A DNA stretch of 64,000 nucleotides. Origin: an uncultured virus (IMG/VR IMGVR_UViG_3300025789_000001) (lineage: Duplodnaviria > Heunggongvirae > Uroviricota > Caudoviricetes). The stretch is taken from IMG/VR virus record IMGVR_UViG_3300025789_000001. The stretch is one strand, 5' to 3'. A program made the position numbers and the translations under genes. The notes beneath the pieces are model-generated. The model did no database searches and was not told where the DNA came from. It worked only from the letters and a program-made list of their open reading frames with translations. Shown in pieces: positions 56,919-64,000 of this stretch (its first letter is position 1; each line of letters begins with the position of its first letter).

Positions 56919-57565
56919 TGCCTAGCAAAAGTAAAAAGCAACACAATTTTATGGAAGCAATCGCCCATAATAAAGCGTTTGCCAAAAAAGTAGGAGTGCC
57001 TCAATCAGTTGGTGAGGATTTTGTAGCAGCCGATAAAGGCAAACATTTTAAAAAAGGTGGAATTAACATGAAAAAACGTAGCGTAAACCCAGCGATGGCA
57101 ATGATGGCAGCTCGTGCTATGCCAACCCCTCCAGCTCCAGGGCCAGCTATGGCTCCTGCAGGCGCAATGCCAGGCGGCATGAAGCACGGTGGTTTGTCAA
57201 AAGAACACCATAAACATTTGGCTCATCACCATTTGGCAATGGCTGAACATCATATGAAAGAACATGAAGGACATCACAAAATGAAGAAAATGGCTTCTGG
57301 TGGTAAAGCAGAATCTATGGGACTACGTTCCATGAAGGAAGATGTTGAGAAGGGTTCTGACAAACACGGTAAATTTGGTGAAGCTAAAGTTCAAAAGACT
57401 GGCCACACTAAAGGTAAAAATCTTGGCGATGCAGGCAAAAAAGAGCCAATTGAATCAGAAAAAAACATGAAGTCATTTATGAAAAAAATGGCTAAAGGTG
57501 GTTCTACTTCTAGCCGTGCAGATGGCGCAGCTATTCGTGGCAAAACAAAAACCAAATATTGTTAA
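56918..57565 (+). CDS. Basic, His-rich small virion-associated protein
   Basis: MPSKSKKQHNFM.AIAH...FAKKVGVPQSVG; multiple xxxGG motifs. Confidence 0.65.
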   Translation: MPSKSKKQHNFMEAIAHNKAFAKKVGVPQSVGEDFVAADKGKHFKKGGINMKKRSVNPAMAMMAARAMPTPPAPGPAMAPAGAMPGGMKHGGLSKEHHKHLAHHHLAMAEHHMKEHEGHHKMKKMASGGKAESMGLRSMKEDVEKGSDKHGKFGEAKVQKTGHTKGKNLGDAGKKEPIESEKNMKSFMKKMAKGGSTSSRADGAAIRGKTKTKYC

Positions 57566-57578
57566 TTAGGAGAAGTAT

Positions 57579-57773
57579 ATGAAAAACATGGTTAAAGAGC
57601 ACATGGAGCCAGAATCAGGCCCAGACATGAAGCGTCATGATGAGTTCATTTCTGAGCATGAAACAGAAACCCATAAGCATCACAAACATCATTTCAAGAA
57701 ACACGCTGAAGGTCACAAGCATCACATGGATCATGTAGAAGCTATGTGCTACGGTGGTAAGGCTCACAAATGA
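57579..57773 (+). CDS. His-rich small protein
   Basis: SD AGGAG; HKHHKHHFKKH...MCYGG. Confidence 0.6.
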   Translation: MKNMVKEHMEPESGPDMKRHDEFISEHETETHKHHKHHFKKHAEGHKHHMDHVEAMCYGGKAHK

Positions 57774-58030
57774 GAGCCAGTCGTGGTATGGGTGCGGTAA
57801 ACCCATCCAAGATGCCGAAAAAGAAGGTTATCGTAAGACAAGATAACCCAGAAGATGTTGATGTGTATGCCAAAGGCGGCCAGGTTTGGGATAAACCTCG
57901 TCCTAAAGAATTAGGAAAGCCCAAGAAATTATCTTCTGCTAAAAAGTCAAAAGCAAAAGCAATGGCTAAAGCAGCTGGTAGACCTTACCCAAACCTAGTT
58001 GATAACATGAGAGCAGCAAGGAAAAAATAA
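57770..58030 (+). CDS. Small basic protein
   Basis: MRASRGMGAVNPSKMP...AGRPYPNLVDNMRAA. Confidence 0.65.
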   Translation: MRASRGMGAVNPSKMPKKKVIVRQDNPEDVDVYAKGGQVWDKPRPKELGKPKKLSSAKKSKAKAMAKAAGRPYPNLVDNMRAARKK

Positions 58031-58209
58031 TGGCTGAAAAATGGATACAAGGTGCTATTAAGAAAGCGGGAGCTCTTCGTAAAGCACTAGGCGTTAAGGA
58101 AGGTCACACCATTCCTGAAAAAAAACTTGCAGCAGCTGCTAAAAAACCTGGCAAGCTAGGTCAACGTGCTCGTTTGGCTGAAACCTTAAAAGGTTTTAAG
58201 CATAAATAA
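58030..58209 (+). CDS. Small basic protein, 59 aa (not in ORF track)
   Basis: MAEKWIQGAIKK.GALR...GQRARLAETLK; TAATG-coupled on both sides. Confidence 0.7.
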   Translation: MAEKWIQGAIKKAGALRKALGVKEGHTIPEKKLAAAAKKPGKLGQRARLAETLKGFKHK

Positions 58210-59168
58210 TGGCTACTACAGGGACATCCGTATTTGACCTAAGCATGAACGACCTCATTGAAGAGGCGTTTGAAAGGTGCGGTGTCGAACTTCGTACAGG
58301 TTATGATTTTAGAACTGCAAGACGGTCTCTTAATATTTTGACCGTTGAATGGGCCAACAGAGGTATCAATCTGTGGACCATCGAAGAAGGCCAGATCCCC
58401 ATGAATACGGGTCAAATTACCTACCCCCTGCCTGTTGATACCATTGATTTGTTAAGCCAAGTAATTCGTACTGGCACATTACAAAACCAGATTGATATCA
58501 ATATTAGCCGTATTTCCGAGGACACTTACTCGACTTTGCCTAACAAGCTGGCACAGGGCAGACCGATTCAGGTTTGGATTAACCGACAATCTGGTCAAAC
58601 TAACCCTACTAATTACACTTTATACGGTAATGGATCGACTACTGGAATTAGTGCTACAGATACGACTATTCAGCTAAATCAGTCCGATATGACGGGTTTG
58701 GCTGCAACAGGCTATATCCAGATAGACAATGAGATTATTTACTATCCAAACGTCTCTACAACTGCTCCACAGCTCTTAAATTGCTACAGGGGACAGAATG
58801 GTACAACCGCAGCTGCGCACACCACAGGGTCCTCTATTAGCGTTGTAAACCTGCCTTGTATTAATGTCTGGCCTACTCCAAATTCCCCAGGAAGCCAATA
58901 TACCTTTGTGTACTGGCGTATGCGCAGAATTCAAGATGCTGGCACTGGTATTAATACCAATGACATCCCATTCCGTTTTATCCCAGCTTTGGTTGCTGGA
59001 CTAGCCTATTACCTATCTTCTAAGATTCCTGGAGTTGATCCAAATCGCATTCCTATGCTAAAACAGGATTACATGGATCAATGGACTTTGGCCTCAGAAG
59101 AAGACCGTGAAAAGGCTTCTATTCGTTTTGTCCCCAGAATGTCATTTTATGGAGGTCATGGAAGATAA
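58209..59168 (+). CDS. Head-tail connector / neck protein
   Basis: DLIEEAFERCG...TARRSLN...EWANRGINLWT; PFRF.PALVAGLAYY. Confidence 0.7.
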   Translation: MATTGTSVFDLSMNDLIEEAFERCGVELRTGYDFRTARRSLNILTVEWANRGINLWTIEEGQIPMNTGQITYPLPVDTIDLLSQVIRTGTLQNQIDINISRISEDTYSTLPNKLAQGRPIQVWINRQSGQTNPTNYTLYGNGSTTGISATDTTIQLNQSDMTGLAATGYIQIDNEIIYYPNVSTTAPQLLNCYRGQNGTTAAAHTTGSSISVVNLPCINVWPTPNSPGSQYTFVYWRMRRIQDAGTGINTNDIPFRFIPALVAGLAYYLSSKIPGVDPNRIPMLKQDYMDQWTLASEEDREKASIRFVPRMSFYGGHGR

Positions 59169-59464
59169 TGGCTACCCCTGAAGAAGTACAAAAATCTAAA
59201 GATGAAGTATCTAGAATAGCCGAAGAACACAAGGCTAAAGTAGATGCTGAGCGCCCACGCACCTATGCTGAAAGGCTTCAGGATATGGGTTATTACGATA
59301 AGACTCCAAAAGGAAACACCCCTAAAGTTGGGGGAGGGGCTGGTTATGTCCCAGGAACAAATAATCCATTTAACCCAGATAGTCCATTGAACCGCAAAAA
59401 AGGCGGCATTATTCGTGGTCATGGCATAGAAAGTAAAGGTAGGACAAAAGGTAGGTTTGTCTAA
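59168..59464 (+). CDS. Small basic protein
   Basis: C-terminal KKGG..RGHG...KGRTKGRFV. Confidence 0.6.
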   Translation: MATPEEVQKSKDEVSRIAEEHKAKVDAERPRTYAERLQDMGYYDKTPKGNTPKVGGGAGYVPGTNNPFNPDSPLNRKKGGIIRGHGIESKGRTKGRFV

Positions 59465-59898
59465 TGCCAAATAAATACTCGTCAGGTAAATGGGCGATTG
59501 CCGAATGTGACCGATGTGGTCAGCGTTATAAGTTGTCTGAGTTAAAAAAAGAAGTAATTAAGACTAAGTTATATAACATTAAGGTATGCCCTGAGTGCTG
59601 GGATCCAGATCAGCCTCAGTTGAGTTTAGGTTTGTATCCTGTGAATGATCCTCAGGCGGTCAGAGAACCCCGCCCAGATGTGAGTTATCAGGTTGGTGGC
59701 ACATACGGTCTTATGACAAATCCATATGATCCAAATGTCAACAATATTGATAACCAAGGCTATTCCACAGATGGTAGTAGACAGATACAATGGGGGTGGA
59801 ACCCTGTAGGTGGTGCAAGTTATTTTGATAGTTACCTTACTCCAAATTCCTTGCTTCCTGTAATAACCATAGGTACAGTAACTATTTCAACGACTTAG
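59464..59898 (+). CDS. Zn-ribbon-containing structural-module protein
   Basis: CDRCG...VCPECWDPDQPQL...DPQAVREPRPD. Confidence 0.7.
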   Translation: MPNKYSSGKWAIAECDRCGQRYKLSELKKEVIKTKLYNIKVCPECWDPDQPQLSLGLYPVNDPQAVREPRPDVSYQVGGTYGLMTNPYDPNVNNIDNQGYSTDGSRQIQWGWNPVGGASYFDSYLTPNSLLPVITIGTVTISTT

Positions 59899-59908
59899 GA
59901 GTGATAAA

Positions 59909-60253
59909 ATGGCAATGCAAAAACAACGTGGCATTAAAACTGGCGATCCCTTTGAACCAAAAAATGCAGAAGACAATATGAAAAAAGGCGGTAAAGTTAT
60001 GGAAAAAGAATCTAAAGCAGAAATGCGTAAAGAAGAAAAAGCTGACAAAAAGCAAGATGTTAAGCTAATTAAGAAAGCTTTCAAAGAGCATGATGCTCAA
60101 GAACATCCTGGCAAACACACTAAACTGGCTTTGAAAAAAGGCGGTGACGTTAAAAAAATGGCTAAAGGTGGCGTAACTGGCAAAGAAATGAAAGCCGTTG
60201 GTCGCAATGTAGCCCGTGCTATGAACCAAAAATCCAGCTCAAGAGGTCGTTAA
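59909..60253 (+). CDS. Small basic protein
   Basis: DKKQD.KLIKKAFKEHDAQEH; three xxKGG motifs. Confidence 0.65.
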   Translation: MAMQKQRGIKTGDPFEPKNAEDNMKKGGKVMEKESKAEMRKEEKADKKQDVKLIKKAFKEHDAQEHPGKHTKLALKKGGDVKKMAKGGVTGKEMKAVGRNVARAMNQKSSSRGR

Positions 60254-60254
60254 T

Positions 60255-60566
60255 ATGGCAATCGCAAAAAATGTAAAACCTACTACCAAGAATAGCCCAA
60301 AGGTTACTATTGGTAAAAACAAATTTGCAGAACCAGCAGATGCTTACGCTAATCCGCACACCAATACTGAGAAACATATTACTGGTCAAGAAGTAATGGA
60401 TCGTGGTGAGTATGCTCATACCAAGGCCGCTAAAGATGTTACTTTGCAAGACCCAATTAAGAGTGGCGTTAGCTACGGTGAGTCCAAAGTCAAGACTTCT
60501 GGTATTGAGATGCGTGGAGCTGGAGCAGCTACCAAAGGCCGTATGTCCAGAGGACCAATGGCATGA
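60255..60566 (+). CDS. Small basic protein
   Basis: C-terminal KTSGIEMRGAGAATKG..SRGPMA. Confidence 0.65.
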   Translation: MAIAKNVKPTTKNSPKVTIGKNKFAEPADAYANPHTNTEKHITGQEVMDRGEYAHTKAAKDVTLQDPIKSGVSYGESKVKTSGIEMRGAGAATKGRMSRGPMA

Positions 60567-60751
60567 TTGAAATTAAAGATTTAACCCAATTAGAAATAGA
60601 AATTATTATTAATGGTCTTCGTAAGTCTTTTCCTATGGAATCTGTAGAAGAATTGGTTAATAAATTAAGAAATCAAGCCATTCCTCAGATTTTGGCAGCA
60701 AAAGCAATTGAAGAAGCAAATAAAAACGCCCAATCAGAAGAAGCTAAATAA
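60563..60751 (+). CDS. Hypothetical protein
   Basis: LT..EI..II.GL...P...V..LV.KLR.QA.PQ. Confidence 0.55.
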   Translation: MIEIKDLTQLEIEIIINGLRKSFPMESVEELVNKLRNQAIPQILAAKAIEEANKNAQSEEAK

Positions 60752-61707
60752 TGAACTATTCGCAGTTATGGGAAAACATACAGTCTTACGCTGAAAATAC
60801 TGAGGCTTTATTCGTTCAGAATATTCCAGTATTTGTGCAAGAAGCAGAAGAACGGATTTATAACTCTGTTCAGATTCCTGCTTTGCGTAAAAATGTTACT
60901 GGAACCGTAACTGCTGGTAATCAATATTTAGCTTTGCCAAATGATTATTTGTCTACTTTTTCATTTGCAGTTATTGATTCTTCAGGTAATTACAAGTATT
61001 TGTTAAATAAAGATGTTAACTATTTAAGAGAAGCATACCCAGGGTCAACAATAACTAACGGTACAAATCAAGGATCTCCACAAGGCCTTCCTTTGTACTA
61101 CGCTTTATTTGGTCCACAAAATGGATATGTAGGTGCTGATGTTACTTATTTGACGTATATGTTGGCTCCTACACCAGATCAAAATTACACAGTAGAAATG
61201 CATTATTTTTACTATCCTGTATCTATTGTTCAAGGTGTAGTTACTGCAGGCAACATTACGGCTGGCTCTGGTTATACCAATGGATTCTATCCAAATACAT
61301 ATTTAACTGGTGGATCTGGTGCTGGTTGTTTGGCTGACATTACTATTTCTAACCAATCTGTGTCAGCGATATCTATAAAAACTGGTGGAAATTTTTATGT
61401 AGTTGGTGATGTATTAACCCTACCATCATCTTTTTCTGGTGGAACAGGATCTTCTGCCGCCTCTTTTTCAATAACATCTGTAAATAATCCAAATGGTGTT
61501 TCTTGGCTAGGTGATAACTACGATCCAGTACTATTTTATGGTTCAATGCGGGAAGCTATGATTTTCATGAAAGGTGAACAAGATATGGTCACTTATTATG
61601 AAAAAATGTATCAAGAAGCCATTGGCCAATTGAATCGACTTGGAACTGGTCTTGAGCGTGGTGATGCTTATCGTAATGGTCAAGCAAGAATTATGGTGAA
61701 ACAATAA
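60751..61707 (+). CDS. Tail tubular / adaptor protein with inserted beta-domain
   Basis: MNYSQL...IPVFVQEAEERI, APTPD..Y.VEMHYFYYP, SWLGDN...LFYGS. Confidence 0.7.
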   Translation: MNYSQLWENIQSYAENTEALFVQNIPVFVQEAEERIYNSVQIPALRKNVTGTVTAGNQYLALPNDYLSTFSFAVIDSSGNYKYLLNKDVNYLREAYPGSTITNGTNQGSPQGLPLYYALFGPQNGYVGADVTYLTYMLAPTPDQNYTVEMHYFYYPVSIVQGVVTAGNITAGSGYTNGFYPNTYLTGGSGAGCLADITISNQSVSAISIKTGGNFYVVGDVLTLPSSFSGGTGSSAASFSITSVNNPNGVSWLGDNYDPVLFYGSMREAMIFMKGEQDMVTYYEKMYQEAIGQLNRLGTGLERGDAYRNGQARIMVKQ

Positions 61708-62165
61708 TGGCAATAGTTCAAGGCTCTTGTAATGTCTTTGCTCAAAACCTTTTAAATGGTAATGAGAACTTTACGACTGGCACTTACTATATTGCCTTAT
61801 ATAACGCCAATGCTAATTTAAATTCGGTAACATCTACTTATACCAGTGTAAATGAAGTAACTGGTACTGGGTATACCGCTGGGGGTCAACCTTTAGTAAT
61901 TACCACGGTTCCTACACTTAACCAACAATACAACACAGCTTATGTGTCTTTTGGCAACGCTGTTTGGAGTCCAGCATCGTTTACTTGTAGGGGTGCTTTA
62001 GTTTACAATTACACTACAAAAGCAGCCTGTTTTGTATTAAATTTTGGTTCAGATAAGACCTGCAACAATAGTTTTACAGTGCAGTTCCCAGCAGCGACTT
62101 ATTCGTCTGCTATTTTAACAATCAGTAGCTATACGGCTGCAAATGTAGTAAGTTCTGGAGATTAA
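61707..62165 (+). CDS. Tail/virion structural protein
   Basis: YIALY...NEV.GTGYTAGG..L...RGALVYN...VLNFGSDK. Confidence 0.65.
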   Translation: MAIVQGSCNVFAQNLLNGNENFTTGTYYIALYNANANLNSVTSTYTSVNEVTGTGYTAGGQPLVITTVPTLNQQYNTAYVSFGNAVWSPASFTCRGALVYNYTTKAACFVLNFGSDKTCNNSFTVQFPAATYSSAILTISSYTAANVVSSGD

Positions 62166-62167
62166 TT

Positions 62168-62776
62168 ATGCATAAAGAAATTGGAAGCTGTGGAGATAGT
62201 GCTATAGCAACATTACAGGCCAATGTGACCATTCCAGAAGGAATGGGAATTGAAGGATATTGGAAAGCTGAATGTCGTGATAAAAACGGCAATCTTAAAT
62301 GGGTAGAAGAATTTCCTAACTTGGTTGTAGCTGTAGGCAAGCAATTAATGCTTGATACTTTATTGCGTACTTCTGGTACATATACAACAACTGGACCATT
62401 CTTAGGATTGACTAATGCTACGTTAACTCCAGCTGCAACAGACACTATGACGACTTTAGTTGGTGGTGGTAAAGAGTTTACAGCTTATACGGTTGGTGGT
62501 TCAGCAGTGCGTGGTACAGCAGTATTTGCTGCTTCTTCATCATCTGGTTCTACTCCTTCTAACGTAACAACATCAACAGCAACTGCTATTACTTACACCA
62601 TTACTGGTGCTGGTGGTACTGTTTATGGTTGTTTCTTGGTATTGGGTTCTGGTGCAGTAAGTACTCAAAGTAATACAGGTGGTACTTTGTATTCTGAAGG
62701 AAACTTCTCTACAGCTAAAGTTACAACTGCTGGCGATACAGTAAGCGTTACATATAGCACAACCGCTACAAGTTAA
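62168..62776 (+). CDS. Tail/virion structural protein
   Basis: CRDKNGNLKW.EEFPNLVV..GK...GTLYS...GDTVSVTY. Confidence 0.65.
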   Translation: MHKEIGSCGDSAIATLQANVTIPEGMGIEGYWKAECRDKNGNLKWVEEFPNLVVAVGKQLMLDTLLRTSGTYTTTGPFLGLTNATLTPAATDTMTTLVGGGKEFTAYTVGGSAVRGTAVFAASSSSGSTPSNVTTSTATAITYTITGAGGTVYGCFLVLGSGAVSTQSNTGGTLYSEGNFSTAKVTTAGDTVSVTYSTTATS

Positions 62777-62786
62777 GGAGTCTTAA

Positions 62787-64000
62787 ATGGCTCTAGTCGT
62801 TTATGACCGAGTTCAGGAGACTACGGCAACCACTGGCACAGGGACAATAACCCTCGGTGGTGCTGTAGCTGGATATCAATCTTTTGCTGTTGTAGGAAAC
62901 GGAAACACTACTTTTTACTGTATTGTTAATGGATCTACATGGGAAGTTGGTATTGGAACTTATTCGACTACTGGACCAACTTTAGCTCGTACTACCGTTT
63001 TATCTAACTCTTCTGGTACAACTTCGCCAATTACTTTATCTGGTGCATCTAACGTATTTGTTACCTATCCATCTGAAAAGTCTGTAAACCTTGATGCTTC
63101 TGGCAATGTAAGCCCTTTAGGTACTATTGCTTCTGGTGTTTGGCAAGGATCCACAATACAGACTGCCTATGGCGGTACTGGCGTAACAACTTCTAGTGGT
63201 GCAAGTTCCAACGTATTGCGTGATGCTAATTCCAACATAACAGCCAATAACTTTTTAGCTGGATATACATCCACCACTTCAGCTGCTGGTACAACAGTTT
63301 TAACGGCTGCCTCTACTTATTATCAAAAATTAGCTGGCAGTACAACCCAGACATATCAACTTCCGATTGCAACTACGTTATCAAACGGTGCAGCATTTAT
63401 TTTTGATAATGATTCAACTGGTGTAATGACTATTGTTGATAGTGCTTCTGGTGCCGTAGATACTGTTCAGCCAGGTGCTTTAGATTATATTTTCTTAGAA
63501 GATAACAGCACATCAGCAGGTTCTTGGGGTAAATATTCTTTTATTCCTGGAACTTATGATTTTGCATTAACTACAGCATCATTTGGTAACGCTACTATTT
63601 CTAGTGCGGTTTGGAATGGTACAACAATTGCAACTGGTTATGGTGGCACAGGATTAACCACTTTTGCAGCTGCCAATAACGCTATTTATTCCACGTCAGC
63701 TTCTGCCCTAGCAGCTGGAACTTTACCTATTGCTGCTGGTGGTACTGCCGCTACAACATTTACAACCAATGGTGTTATTTACGGTAATAGTACAAGTGCA
63801 CTTGGTGTAACTGCTGCTGGTACCACTGGTCAAGTGCTGATTGCTACTACTGGTGCTGCTCCATCATGGGGTGCAATTCCATCTACAGCTGCGGTTACTT
63901 CCATTACTTTTGGAACTACTGGATTAACACCGTCTACGGCTAGTACTGGTGCAGTTAGTGTTGCAGGTACTTTAAGTGCAGCAAACGGTGGCACAGGTGT
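62787..64000 (+). CDS. Tail fibre protein, N-terminal part (runs off window; not in ORF track)
   Basis: SD AAGGAG, MALVVYDRVQETTATTGTGTITLGGAVAGYQSF...WEVGIGTY; repeated (Y/A/N)GGT(G/A) units; I saw no stop before 64000. Confidence 0.8.
   Translation, partial: MALVVYDRVQETTATTGTGTITLGGAVAGYQSFAVVGNGNTTFYCIVNGSTWEVGIGTYSTTGPTLARTTVLSNSSGTTSPITLSGASNVFVTYPSEKSVNLDASGNVSPLGTIASGVWQGSTIQTAYGGTGVTTSSGASSNVLRDANSNITANNFLAGYTSTTSAAGTTVLTAASTYYQKLAGSTTQTYQLPIATTLSNGAAFIFDNDSTGVMTIVDSASGAVDTVQPGALDYIFLEDNSTSAGSWGKYSFIPGTYDFALTTASFGNATISSAVWNGTTIATGYGGTGLTTFAAANNAIYSTSASALAAGTLPIAAGGTAATTFTTNGVIYGNSTSALGVTAAGTTGQVLIATTGAAPSWGAIPSTAAVTSITFGTTGLTPSTASTGAVSVAGTLSAANGGTG

Noticed and set aside
1..64000. 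tRNA genes, integrase, introns/inteins, alternative genetic code
   Set aside because: None recognised by eye; long ORFs read cleanly in the standard code and all three stop codons are used. tRNAscan and Infernal were not run.

Overview
Nearly complete, apparently circularly permuted genome of a tailed dsDNA phage with podovirus-like organisation. The host is probably a Gram-negative bacterium, given a GH19 endolysin and an Rz-like spanin. Gene order: tail fibre/RBP and lysis genes (1-6.2 kb); a P22 gp10-like tail protein and ejection proteins, including a 3,754-aa DarB-like methyltransferase/helicase polyvalent protein (6.2-25.4 kb); recombination, accessory and replication genes (25.4-38.6 kb); a leftward early operon of small genes (38.6-43.3 kb); then terminase, portal, capsid and neck genes (43.6-64 kb). 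I found no integrase, DNA polymerase, tRNA or CRISPR array. The most striking signal is non-coding. Two complete type I hammerhead ribozymes lie in intergenic gaps of the early operon, each predicted to cut 25-26 nt upstream of a start codon. A conserved CTGCTAGGA box overlaps the Shine-Dalgarno of those genes and of other transcript-leading genes. A separately promoted ~125-nt sRNA displays the exact complement (UCCUAGCAG) at a hairpin loop. Together these suggest a ribozyme-processed, sRNA-gated translation-control circuit. Protein family calls come from motif recognition by eye, not from database searches.
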